In this document: positions 1-12,277 of the stretch, piece after piece
Position numbering within the stretch: the first letter of the stretch is position 1
How the letters are laid out: each line of letters begins with the position of its first letter
Assembly (NCBI GenBank): GCA_030141605.1
Contig: JAQGDQ010000704.1
Coordinates: 45,705-109,704, forward strand
Direction: 5' to 3'
Origin: Tubiluchus corallicola
Lineage: Eukaryota > Animalia > Priapulida
Length of the DNA: 64,000 nucleotides
Notes under the pieces: generated by a model
Seen by the model: only the letters and a program-made list of their open reading frames with translations
What the model was told of the DNA's origin: nothing
The model's database searches: none
Translations under genes and position numbers: made by a program

Positions 1-608
1 AACTCCTTCGGGATACGGTATGAACAGTCATCTCGTTTTCCTTTAGGGACTGCTGAGCATAGTAGAGCAAGCGGTAAGCATTATTAACTCCCTCAGGATA
101 CGGTATGAACAGTCATCTCGTTTTCCTTTAGGGACTGCTTAGTGTAGTAGAACAAGCGTTAAGCATTATTAACTCCCTCAGGATACGGTATGAACAGTCA
201 TCTCGTTTTCCTTTAGGGACTGCTTAGTGTAGTAGAACAAGCGTTAAGCATTATTAACTCCCTCAGGATACGGTATGAACAATCATCTCGTTTACCTTTA
301 GGGACTGCTTAGTGTAGTAGAACAAGCGGTAAGCATTATTAACTCCTTCAGGATACGGTATGAACAAACATCTCGTTTTCCTTTAGGGACTGCTTAGCAT
401 AGTAGAACAAGCGGTAAGCATTATTAACTCCCTCAGGATACGGTATGAACAATCATCTCGTTTTCCTTTAGGGACTGCTTAGCATAGTAGAACAAGCGGT
501 AAGCATTATTAACTCCTTCAGGATACAGTATGAACAATCATCTCGTTTTCCTTTAGGGACTGCTTAGTGTAGTAGAACAAGCGGTAAGCATTATTAACTC
601 CCTCAGGA
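1..608. repeat. 85-bp tandem repeat (mirror of the 17730 array)
   Basis: aactcc...cattatt with period 85. Confidence 0.95.
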
Positions 609-997
609 TTGTAAGCATTTACTGCATTTTGCACGGATTTAAACTGCTCTCACTAAGCATAGATTATGTCATAATTGATAATTTTTGCAGGCTTCTACTC
701 CTCACACAATGGATTTTCATGCAACATTTTATATGGAAAGCATTTGCTTACCTTAGACTAAATAAAAATCACACACAATTTTTGACACACAATTGAAAAA
801 AAGCTTTCAGTAACTGCAGTGTTTGTACTGTAACAATGTACAGTAGCACTTGTGTGAAACTGACAGATACAAAAAATTCCAATAATCCAGACGCAATGCT
901 CTGATACACTTTGGTCTGAAGTCTACTACTATTTATAAGCAGAAATTCTTGTTAAAAGATGAAACGACCTTAATTTCTTTTTGGCCGATCAGTTGGC

Positions 998-1566
998 TTT
1001 TTCTGGAACTCTGTACAGCCGACAGTTCTCTTGGGCTGTAGCAAGCAAGCGGTCAATGAATTACTGTGCACGATCATACAAGTGTACACTAGACTAAGCT
1101 ACTCAATAGGCTGAGCTGGAGTGCCTGAAGAGGGCGCATTTTTCTGGAACTCTGTACAGCCGACAGTTCTCTTGGGCTGTAGCAAGCAAGCGGTCAATGA
1201 ATTACTGTGCACGATCATACAAGTGTACACTAGACTAAGCTACTCAATAGGCTGAGCTGGAGTGCCTGAAGAGGGCGCATTTTTCTGGAACTCTGTACAG
1301 CCGACAGTTCTCTTGGGCTGTAGCAAGCAAGCGGTCAATGAATTACTGTGCACGATCATACAAGTGTACACTAGACTAAGCTACTCAATAGGCTGAGTTA
1401 GGGTGCCTGAAGAGGGTGCATTTTTCTGGAACTCTCTACAGCCAACAGTTCTCTTGGGCTGTAGCAAGCAAGCGATCAATGAATTACTGTGCACGATCAT
1501 ACAAGTGTACACTAGACTAAGCTACTCAATAGACTGAGTTGGGGTGCCTGAAGAGGCGCATTTTTC
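998..1566. repeat. 141-bp tandem repeat, 4 copies (mirror at about 16771-17340)
   Basis: tttctggaactctg at 1000, 1141, 1282, 1423. Confidence 0.93.
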
Positions 1567-1745
1567 TTAATTTCATCCTATTAAATCTCTGTGTAAATGT
1601 TTAAACAAATGTAGGATGATTGGATAACAGAGATTCTCCTGAACAGAACAGTACCGAATTTGTAATCATTTAATTATGTCTGTGCTCATACAGTATCATA
1701 AGTCTTATAATGGTCTTTTCAGATTAGACTCTCAAGTTCTTCCTG

Positions 1746-2264
1746 CAGGGATGAGAATGACAAATTGCAAAAAACTCTAAAACAGGCCGAGGGTTTTGGG
1801 GCCACCTAGGCCCCCAATGGGGTTCAAGGGAAGCCCACTTGCAGCCAGCAACAAATTGCAATTTTGTGACAATAGAGAGCCTCTAGGTGGACTTAAAATA
1901 TCAGTTACATTGTTTCATACATAATTTAAAATACCCAACTATCAAGGATACATGATACCTAATTGTGTAAAAAACGCCTTAAGTACTGGCCGCTCCTATG
2001 CAAAAGTATATAAAAACTGTCTGCAATTGACTCATAACTCCGCACAATTGATTCTATATTTTTATACATAGAGATAAACACGTGGTTACACTGATGTACA
2101 TGATGTAAACAAAGTGACGGCCTGCCAACTAGCGGTCAGCTTGTGAAATAATGTACTGGGTCCGTAAAAATTTTCTCAACGAATTTACGCGATTTACAAA
2201 AATGGCACTACTGGTCTGCCAAAGACTTGGAATTCCGCGTATCCACGGAAAATTCTCATCCCTG
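1746..2264. mobile_element. Non-autonomous TIR element (CAGGGATGAGA termini), 6-bp TSD, hAT-like
   Basis: Flanks ttcctg/ctcctg; other copies at 16074-16592 and 24163-24664. Confidence 0.8.
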
Positions 2265-2934
2265 CTCCTGATGACTCCAAAAACCTGTATTTGTATTTGT
2301 TTTTTGTCTTGCTTACTCCTGTCATAACATATTCCTTGCAAAATATTATAACTATACGTATACAAAATTTCTCTCCATTAATACAAACTGCTTTATGATT
2401 ATAATTACAATCCTACAAAAATGAGAATATAATCACCTCTCAAAAAACTAAAACTATAATATGTAAATCTACTCCCATGACCTTCTTTCTCCGAACTGTT
2501 TTTTAGTGCTATCCTGTTCTTACTGACCTACCTGACTTTTCCTTTTTCACATTTATTACATAATTCTTTTCTCTCTAGTACAAACTACATACACTAACAA
2601 ATGCCACGTGCCACTTGCTGGTCGGCCGCTGCTTAGCGATATACTTCAGAGCAACCTAAAGACATGTGCTCGCACTTAGCATAACCGCTTTGGTTATTGC
2701 ATTTCAAGGACCAATTTTTACATTCGTTTTCATAAACAAAAAACGAAAAGTTTAGGTGTATATGTGGTAAAGCGTTAGGAAATGCAACTTGAAATATGAC
2801 CAGAAGAGAAAGCACTGAAAGTTATATCAAACTCTGTGTTTGGAAGGCACACTACACGAAAACCGTTCATTCGCAACATCAGCAAAACCATTACATACAT
2901 CAAAAGCAAAACGAAATACATTTTTGTTCATAAT

Positions 2935-3444
2935 CAGGCTGCATAAGATTATGGATATCCATAAAATAAGACCAAAAATCCATAAAATAAAATTTGAAAA
3001 ATCCATAAAATAAGAAATGCATAAAATAAAAATTTTTTTTTTTTGTGATTTTTTTGTACAAAATAAGGCAATCAAAACTGAATACAGGCATTGGATCGGA
3101 AACTTCAGCCTAGAAGGCATTCTACATTCGTACCAAATAGATGAATTATTTGAACTGAAGTGATGAACTACAAGGCATTGTCTCGTAAAATTTGATTAAA
3201 TTTGAAGTGATATGAAACCGATAAAATTAAAACGAAACCGATTAAATTAAAACTAAGTCCTGCGTGTTTAAAAACACGTTTCAAGCACTCCTGTTTTTAC
3301 TTTTTAATTGATTTCCCCCTGGGCATCTCGTTCCAGATATAGTCTATTTCTTATTTTATTGATATCCATAAAATAAAATTTCAAAAATCCATAAAACAAG
3401 CTATTTTATTTATTTTATACATATCCATAATCTTATGCACCCTG
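2935..3444. mobile_element. hAT-type MITE
   Basis: 24-bp TIR cagg(c/g)tgcataagattatggatat; perfect 8-bp TSD ttcataat; empty site in the other arm near 15920. Confidence 0.92.
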
Positions 3445-3763
3445 TTCATAATTCAATCATTTCTGTTGCATTTATTTCCATTGTTTCAGACAAATCTCAT
3501 TAGGTGCACCAAAAACGTAAAATTCACAAGGCAAAATGGGTTCAAAACCAATTTCACTACTTTTTGTAGTTCTTAATTTACACATTTAATTAAGACCATG
3601 TTTGTGTACGGTCCGGCTTTTATGATGCCAGAGTTCTGGACAAGACGATGTCCAGAGTTCTGGACAAGATGATGAACACGACAACTGTATCCAAGATGAG
3701 TCACTTTTTAAACAAACCAAGGTAAAATGAGGCTAACAGCCACTCGAGATAATAGGCTACAGT

Positions 3764-4648
3764 CAGGGACGCCGGAGCCACAGAGGCAGAAGGGCAGCGG
3801 CACCCTTGCCCTTTCCCAAGGGGGGCTGTCGCTTATTGTACCAAGTACGCGATTGTGGTATTATATGAACCATTTAATTGTCAGTCTACTACACTAAAGT
3901 ACTGATTTAGTCTATGCTGCCATCTACAGTCGTTGTTTTACTCTAATTGCACAAAGTTTGTCAGAGATTGATTTTTGTTTCTAAATATTGTTTCCTTTTG
4001 CTTTTAGAGATAGTCATTAATCAGAGTAATTAGATTGTTAATTTCATGCTTTAATTCTGGTCCTAACTCTCTTATTCAAGTTTAAATAGAGAAAAATTAT
4101 AACATTATAACACAGCTTTCTGTAAACCAATAATCTTTATTCTGCTATCAAGAAGCCAAGCAGACTTTGATTTTGGTTTGATTAGTAGCCTGTAGAGTAT
4201 AGGTGACCTTTCCTTTTATGGTCTGTATGCATGAATTTAATGTACCTTCTAATAGGAACTTGTATGTCTGGTCATGTGATTACAGCTTTATTCTCTCAGG
4301 CATGCAAGTTTCAGTTGATCTAGAGACAGCATTGAGAAAGGATGAAAATTTTCTACTGTTAAATATCATATTGCTAACTTTATGACTGTTTGTTCAATTT
4401 TATGGTCTGTGAACATTCTGTACGTTTTACAATAAAATGATTGCAAATTTCTACAGGGGCAGTGCGAGAGAAAAATTTTGCCTTTTTGATGGCATATGTG
4501 AGAGCCAGAAGGCATATGAGGTGCCTTAGTCATACCCTTATATATAACTCATATCATCATAGTGCGGCGACAGAAATATGGATAAACAAAATGTGACATT
4601 TTCATAAATGCTGCCCTCACCACTGTAATTCGCTACCCGGCGCCTCAG
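3764..4648. mobile_element. Degenerate hAT-type non-autonomous element
   Basis: cagggacgccgg...ccggcgcctcag with TSD gctacagt/gctacaat. Confidence 0.6.
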
Positions 4649-4812
4649 GCTACAATGGAGTACTGAACGAATGAGACAATGACCAAAGAGAGTTCAAGCA
4701 TCTAATATGCTGTCGACGTCCTCCTACAACTGAGTGAGATTTAAGTACTCAGAGAAATAGTCTCCTCGTAGAGAATTCCATAGAGAAGAGAAACTGGATT
4801 TGTAAGTACAGT

Positions 4813-5292
4813 TGTTGTTGGCATCCTTCTGTCTCGGAAGACAATGGAGTGTGCGTCAAGAGTGTCAGTTATTGATCACATTGATGGAGCTGCAGCGTCG
4901 ACTGTGGCTGAGCAGTCCGATCCTTAAACCAGGGCGTCTCCAGGGCGCACGCCTGGGCAAGGTGTACAGAGATCCTGAGTTGCCCAGACAACAGGAACCC
5001 CTCTCTTCCTCCCTGGTGTAGTCCAAAGGAAAGCGGAGCAATACGTTTGGCACCAGGTTGGCTGCAGGAGCTGCCGGAGTCAGTGAGCATGCTGCACTGG
5101 CCCACCTTCGGGGCTCGACTCCTGATTTGGAAGGTTTACTCCTCTACACATGGCCGTTGGTCACTTGACCTCCTCCGCCCTCTAGCCATTGGCTGCCTTG
5201 TGCAGCTCCTCCGCCTAGTGTCGATACAGTGTGGCCATCCCGCAAGCCTACAGCACCTGGTATTCCTAGGTGGTCACCCATCCGTAGTGTAT
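4813..5292 (-). mobile_element. 5'-truncated 5S rRNA-derived SINE (SINE3-like) with RTE-like body and (CAA)n tail
   Basis: The - strand begins with ggatgggtgaccacctaggaataccaggtgctgtaggctt (3' end of 5S rRNA); 10-bp TSD taagtacagt at 4803-4812 and 5293-5302. Confidence 0.78.
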
Positions 5293-5298
5293 TAAGTA

Positions 5299-6016
5299 CA
5301 GTAAGTCTGCGCTTAACGACGCTAATGCTTTCCAGCAAAACGCGACGTTAAGAGAAACCAAATTTTCATAGAAAGTAACCTAAAAGAATTGAGATACGTT
5401 TGACAGGCAAAAACCAATGCTGCTTGAATCACATAAATTAAACATTTTATGAGTTTCTTTATGAGTTATACTGATTAATTTCGTTCTTCTTGCTTGAAAC
5501 CATCTTTCTTTCTTGCCAATACGTACCTAGTTAGCAGTTTCTCTTTCATTATGGTGTGAGACTAGGCAGCCATTAAACAATAAACACTGTAGAGTCAAAG
5601 TCAAGCGCTGCAACCTTGGAAATTTTATCATACCAGAGCACTGCATCATTTACTACCTAGTCTGGTTGCTATAGGAACAGGTTGCAGGTAGAATTACTTC
5701 CCGCAAAGTTTGTTCACAGGTCTCGCTTGATAGAAATGGCAGTTAACATAGTAGTCAGTCGGGAAGCAAAAACGAATATAATAATTGCACTGTTTACATT
5801 ACTAATGCCATTTTAAAGCAGAATAAAACAATATGTACCGTTTTAATGCTTGAAATTAAATAAAAAATTATTGATAAAATGAAAATTGGCTTTGAGCAAA
5901 GAAAAAAATTGTCGTTAAAATGAAACGTGCGCCGTTAAGTAAAAAAGGTGTCAAATGCTCAGCGTCGCAAAAACGAAACGTCGCTAAATGGGGAGTCATT
6001 AAGCGAGGAAGTACTG
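5299..6016. mobile_element. pogo/Tigger-like MITE (truncated mirror copy at about 15100-15780)
   Basis: TA|cagtaagtctgcgcttaacgac ... gtcattaagcgaggaagtactg|TA. Confidence 0.78.
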
Positions 6017-6136
6017 TAGATTTTCTTTGTGGGTGTGGTGTTGGGGGGTTTGGGGTTGTGTGTTTTGTGGGTGTTGTGTGTTGGGGGTTTGGGGTTGTGT
6101 GTTTTGGGGTGTGTGTTGGGGGTTTGGGGAAGTATT

Positions 6137-7580
6137 GATGTTCTACATGTGGAGAGTCGCTAAAACGAAACGTCACTAAATGGGGAGTCATTAAGCAAGA
6201 AAGTAGTGTAGATGTTCTACATGCTGAGAGTCGCTAAAACGAAACGTCGCTAAATGGGGAGTCGTTAAGCGAGGAAGTACTGTAGATGTTCTACATGCTG
6301 AGAGTCGCTAAAATGAAACGTCGCTAAATGGGGAGTCATTAAGCGAGAAAGTACTGTAGATGTTCTACATGCTGAGAGTCGCTAAAACGAAACGTCGCTA
6401 AATGGGGAGTCGTTAAGCGAGGAAGTACTCTAGATGTTCTACATGCTGAGAGTCGCTAAAACGAAACGTCGCTAAATGGGGAGTCGTTAAGCGAGGAAGT
6501 ACTGTAGATGTTCTACATGCTGAGAGTTGCTAAAACGAAACGTCGCTAAATGGGGAGTCGTTAAGCGAGGAAGTACTGAAGATGTTCTACATGCTGAGAG
6601 TCGCTAAAACGAAACGTCGCTAAATGGGGGAGTCATTAAGCGAGGAAGTACTGTAGATGTTCTACATGCTGAGAGTCGCTAAAACGAAACGTCGCTAAAT
6701 GGGGAGTCGTTAAGCGAGGAAGTACTGTAGATGTTCTACATGCTGAGAGTCGCTAAAACGAAACGTCGCTAAATGGGGAGTCGTTAAGCGAGGAAGTACT
6801 GTAGATGTTCTACATGCTGAGAGTCGCTAAAACGAAACGTCGCTAAATGGGGGAGTCATTAAGCGAGGAAGTAAAGTAGATGTTCTACATGCTGAGAGTC
6901 GCTAAAACGAAACGTCGCTAAATGGGGAGTCGTTAAGCGAGGAAGTACTGTAGATGTTCTACATGCTGAGAGTCGCTAAAACGAAACGTCGCTAAATGGG
7001 GAGTCGTTAAGCGAGGAAGTACTGAAGATGTTCTACATGCTGAGAGTTGCTAAAACGAAACGTCGCTAAATGGGGGTCGTTAAGCGAGGAAGTACTGTAG
7101 ATGTTCTACATGCTGAGAGTCGCTAAAACGAAACGTCACTAAATGGGGAGTCGTTAAGCGAGAAAGTACTGTAGATGTTCTACATGTGGAGAGTCGCTAA
7201 AACGAAACGTCGCTAAATGGGGAGTCGTTAAGCGAGGAAGTACTGTAGATGTTCTACATGCTGAGAGTCGCTAAAATGAAACGTCACTAAATGGGGGAGT
7301 CATTAAGCGAGGAAGTAGTAGATGTTCTACATGTGGTTGTGGTTTGGGGGTGTTGGGGTTGTGTGTTTTGTGGGTGTAACGAAACGTCGCTAAATGGGGA
7401 GTCATTAAGCGAGGAAGTACTGTAGATGTTCTACATGTGGAGAGTCACTAAAGCGAAACGTCGCTAAATGGGGAGTCGTTAAACGAGGAAGTACTGTAGA
7501 TGTTCTACATGCTGAGAGTTGCTAAAACAAAACGTCCCTAAATGAAGCGTCGTTAAGCGAGGAACTACTGCAGATGTTCT
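6137..7580. repeat. 74-bp satellite derived from the MITE end (mirror at about 14352-15155)
   Basis: gatgttctac at 6211, 6285 and onward; unit contains the terminal sequence of 5299-6016. Confidence 0.92.
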
Positions 7581-7620
7581 GCTTTAACTTCAAAGTTTAC
7601 TTAGTCGTTAAGAAACTCAC

Positions 7621-7861
7621 CTGAATATGTGTTTCCAGCAGTCGGGAGCGTGACTTCCCATCTCCATCCCTCTGCCCAGGATCACGTCCATGCTCAACAG
7701 GTGCGCAGCGTGAAGACGGAGGACCTTGGGACGATTAGCGCCGGGCAACATGCTCTGCTTCGACAGCTTGCGCTCCACGGCCGACTTTTGGGCTTCCTCT
7801 TCTAGACAACACGAAGCGTCGGCCAGCTGGGCGAACACGAGTCCGCATCGGTGCTGCAGCC
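7621..7861 (-). CDS. ARFGEF3: BIG3 exon B' (inverted duplicate of 14071-14311), intact
   Basis: Same peptide as exon B; one synonymous difference seen (TTG/CTG). Acceptor ttgcag and donor gtgagt are intact. Co-oriented with exon A. Confidence 0.85.
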
Positions 7862-7945
7862 CTGCAAGGAGTAAAAGACAAGAACGAGATGGCAAAGCCT
7901 GTTTATTGTATTGATAATATGGTAAGCAATATGGTGCATTGTATA

Positions 7946-8592
7946 GGTTTTACATGTCAAATGTAGACCTACGTTAACTCAAATGTAGATTTAGGTAATT
8001 CAAATGTGTTAACAATGGTTTTCAAGAAATCTTAAGCGCTTTTGGTAAGTCAAATGTAGACACATGTCAAGTCAAATGTGACATTGGTATCTCAAATGTG
8101 GATAGGTGTCAAAATTATAACTTTATAGGTCTACTAATAGTTCACTAATATTCTGTAAACTTTACATACCATTGAAACTGTTAGAGAAAATAATACATTC
8201 TTAAAATAAGCAATGTTTCTTGAGAGAAACTAAGTCATTAATGCAGTGCTAATGTATTACTTAAAAAACTAATTAGTGATTCACTGTTCATTGGCAAGTG
8301 GGAACCGATTTATTCTTTCCTACCGACGTTGTGGTTTATCAAAAAATTCAGTTTGAGGATAAGCAACGCATTTTTCAAAGTTATGGAAGCGGTGATGACT
8401 ATCTTTGGTTTATCTTTTTGTAATTTGCACTTAGATCAGTTAATTACCGATTTATTCAAAGTAATGCATCTACATTTGACATACCTAAGTCACATTTGAG
8501 TTACCAAAACACATTCGAAATTCCTATGTCTACATTTGACTTACCTAAGTCACATTTGAACTTTCCTGTGTCTACATTTGACGTGTAAAACC
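7946..8592. mobile_element. Unclassified TIR element with TATA flanks and ~20-bp subterminal repeats (mirror at 13301-13986)
   Basis: tata|ggttttacatgtcaaatgtagac ... gtctacatttgacgtgtaaaacc|tata. Confidence 0.8.
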
Positions 8593-8754
8593 TATAATAC
8601 AAGTAATTGGTGCATTGACAGATAATCACATAATTCATATTCGTAACTATTTAAAGAAAATTTTTTTCACTCTTTAAGGCTCACTCAAAGTCGTAATTAC
8701 ATATTATGTTTTCCTTTCTCAACTTTCAGGTTTATTGCTCTTATACCATTGCTA

Positions 8755-9917
8755 TTATTACATCATTTACTTCATCCTTATTTACATTAAGTTACATTAT
8801 CTACAGAAGCATGCATAACTATAATCATTTTTCCACTTAAGTAAGGTGAGTGTGTTAATAACCGTATGGTCGTACACTCACCTCGCACTACTCAAATTAT
8901 TACATCATTTACTTCATGCTTATTTACATTAAAATATCTACAGAAGCATGCATTACTATAATCATTTTTTCATTTAAGTAAGGTGAGTGTGTTAATGACC
9001 GTATGGTTGTACACTCACCTCGCACTACTCAAATTATTACATCATTTACTTCATCCTTATTTACATTAAGTTATCTACAAAAGCACGCATAGCTATAATC
9101 ATTTTTTCATTTAAGTAAGGTGAGTGTGTTAATGACCGAATGGTCGTACACTCACCTCGCACTACTCAAATTATTACATCATTTACTTCATCCTTGTTTA
9201 AATTAAGTTATCTACAGAAGCATGCATAACTATAATCATTTTTTCATTTAAGTAAGGTGAGTGTGTTAATGACGGTATGGCCGTACACTCACCTCGCACT
9301 ACTCAAATTATTACATCATTTACTTCATCCTTGTTTAAATTAAGTTATCTACAGAAGCATGCATAACTATAATCATTTTTTCATTTAAGTAAGGTGAGTG
9401 TGTTAATGACGGTATGGCCGTACACTCACCTCGCACTACTCAAATTATTACATCATTTACTTCATCCTTATTTACATTAAGTTATCTACAGATGCATGCA
9501 TAACTATAATCATTTTTTCATTTAAGTAAGGTGAGTGTGTTGATGACCGTATGGTCATACACTCACCTCGCACTACTCAAATTATTACATCATTTACTTC
9601 ATCCTTATTTACATTAAGTTGTCTACAGAAGCATGCATAATTATAATCATTTACTTCATCCTTATTTACATTAAGTTATCTACAGAAGCGTGCATAATTA
9701 TAATCATTTTTTCATTTAAGTAAGGTGAGTGTGTTAATGACCGTATGGTCGTACACTCACCTCGCACTACTCAAATTGTTACATCATTTACTTCATCCTT
9801 ATTTACATTAAGTTATCTACAGAAGCATGCATAGCTATAATCATTTTTTCATTTAAGTAAGGTGAGTGTGTTAATGACCGTATGGTCGTACACTCACCTC
9901 GCACTACTCAAATTATT
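8755..9917. repeat. 137-bp satellite with internal hairpin (about 8 copies; 3 in the mirror at 12718-13140)
   Basis: aggtgagtgt at 8844, 8981, 9118 and onward. Confidence 0.93.
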
Positions 9918-10254
9918 TTATTTTAAAGTTTATTAATGTGTTTGATATTGTATTTTTTGATGCGTGAAATAAAATTCATAGTTCGTACTTCATAGTTGAT
10001 GGTAGTAACAAGTAGGGGTGAGAGTCGAATGTTCGAATTTTATTGGAACAAATTTTTTAGTTCGAATTCGATTCGAACCTAAAATTATATATTTGAATAA
10101 TTCAGCATTTCAATCACATACGTTCTTTATCGTGAAACTGTTTGAAACAACATGCAATTAGCATAATTTAGCTGTGATTTCTGTGCACAATTTTAAAAAA
10201 TTGTTAGTGGTTTTACTGCAAAACAAAATCGAGTAACATGCATGATATTTTTGT

Positions 10255-11421
10255 AAGATTTTTGCAGTTGTTTGTCTCTTATTGTTGTTTGTGTGTCTGT
10301 CATGTTGATGTCATTTGAGTTTATTTACAATCTGATGCAATCATTACACATGATTTGCAGTTGTTTGTCTCTTACTGTTGTTTGTGTGCAATGTTCATTT
10401 CATTTGAGTTTATTTACAATTCGATGCAATCATTACACACGATTTGCAATTGTTTGTCTCTTTTTGTTGTTTGTGTGTCTGTCATGTTGATGTCATTTGA
10501 GTTTATTTACAATCTGATACAATCATCACACACGATTTGCAGTTGTTTGTCTCTTACAGTTGTTTGTGTGCAATGTTCATTTCATTTGAGTTTATTTACA
10601 ATTCGATGCAATCATTACACACGATTTGCAGTTGTTTGTCTCTTTTTGTTGTTTGTGTGTCTGTTATGTTGATGTCATTTGAGTTTATTTACAATCTGAT
10701 ACAATCATCACACACGATTTGCAGTTGTTTGTCTCTTTTTGTTGTTTGTGTGTCTGTCATGTTGATGTCATTTGAGTTTATTTACAATCTGATACAATCA
10801 TCACACACGATTTGCAGTTGTTTGTCTCTTACAGTTGTTTGTGTGCAATGTTCATTTCATTTGAGTTTATTTACAATTCACTGCAATCATCACACATGAT
10901 TTGCAGTTGTTTGTCTCTTATTGTTTGTGTGTCTGTCATGTTGATGTCATTTGAGTTTATTTACAATTCGATGAAATCATCACACATGATTTGCAGTTGT
11001 TTGTCTCTTTTTGTTGTTTGTGTCAGTCATGTTGATGTCATTTGAGTTTATTTACAAGTCGATGCAGTCATCACACATGATTTGCAGTTGTCTGTCTCTT
11101 ATTGTTGTTTGTGTGTGTGTCATGATGTTGATGTCATTTGAGTTTATTTACAATTCACTGCAATCATCACACATGATTTGCAGTTGTTTGTCTCTTATTG
11201 TTTGTGTGTCTGTCATGTTGATGTCATTTGAGTTTATTTACAATTCGATGAAATCATCACACATGATTTGCAGTTGTTTGTCTCTTTTTGTTGTTTGTTA
11301 TTTACAATTCAATGCAATCATTACACACGATTTTCAGTTGTTTGTCTCTTTTTGTTGTTGTTTATGTGTCATGTTGATGTCATTTGAGTTTATTTACAAT
11401 TCGATGCAATCATCACACACG
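10255..11421. repeat. ~91-bp satellite in the spacer
   Basis: Repeated gatttgcagttgtttgtctc...gagtttatttacaat. Confidence 0.92.
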
Positions 11422-11474
11422 TCAATCACTGCAAACTATCGGCAAATGCCACACGGTGCACAAGATGCCCGTAC

Positions 11475-11681
11475 CGAGAACGCAAGTAAGCTTAGCCGCC
11501 TTCTGAAGACCGTCCAGACTCATGCACACGGCCGCATGCTCCCTCTGGTGGTGTTCCTTGTCGAACAGCAACGTCAAGCTGCTGGCGCCGCCACAGGCAC
11601 TTTTGCCGCTGAGCACAGCCGACAGAACTTCCAGAATATTTCCCCAACATGCAGACAGGATGTGACGACATAGCCTCATGC
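11475..11681 (-). CDS. ARFGEF3: BIG3 exon A (MRLCRHILSACWGNILEVLS...AVCMSLDGLQKAAKLTCVL), oriented opposite to the rest of the gene
   Basis: Acceptor gttgtag|GC and donor CTCG|gtacgg on the - strand; 207 nt, phase 1/1. Joins in frame to exon B or B' (G+GG CTG CAG). Matches the recalled BIG3 segment ILVGCWKNLI...AICMSLDGLRKAARLSCALG. Confidence 0.88.
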
Positions 11682-11793
11682 CTACAACACATGACAGCGG
11701 AATTATGATGATTTGTTTTGGTTTAAACTGCATTTATTAATACACAGAAAACTGAAACGATACATACAAGAACAGCTTATAATGGCACTAGAT

Positions 11794-12277
11794 CAGGGGT
11801 GTGCAAATTGCGGCCCGCCGAGTGAATTTGTGCGGCCCGCGAAATGAGATTTGTCAACCTAATGAAAGTGCGGCCCGGGCGATTAATTGAGTGTATCCAG
11901 CTGAAGTCCGTGCCACGATCCCAAAGATAGTGCGGGTAGTTTTTTCTACTAGATCGGATGCCATTAACCCTTACAAGACGGTTGTAGCTTAATGTCACTG
12001 TACTACGCAGACTGTGTGATTCACATTACTAATATGCATTGTAATAAAATTACCACTATCTGTCCTGAAAGTAGAAATATATGGTTTGTAATATAAATTT
12101 CAATAACTTCTAAAATAGTTTCTTGAGTGTAGTAGTAATGATGTACGCAGGTCGGATGCAAAAAAATCGTTATTAGGCTTTTCTGTACTTGGCTCCTTGA
12201 TCAAACTGCATGTGGCCCGTAGGAATTGCGGGAAAGTTTAACGTGCCCCGGCTAATCAGATAATTTGCACACCCCTG
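11794..12277. mobile_element. hAT (Charlie-like) MITE, CAGGGGTGTGCAAATT termini
   Basis: 16-bp TIR; TSD cactagat/tactagat; copies at 34954 and 55055. Confidence 0.9.

Larger units (their letters stand above)
1..9917. repeat. Left arm of large inverted duplication (runs off the window edge)
   Basis: Reverse complement is colinear with 12718-18337 apart from indels. Confidence 0.95.

Noticed and set aside
998-1566. Hammerhead ribozyme array (CTGAAGA in each 141-bp unit)
   Set aside because: No closing stem II or GAAA core found downstream.
10272-11673. Plus-strand ORFs up to 220 aa
   Set aside because: Satellite read-through plus the antisense of exon A.
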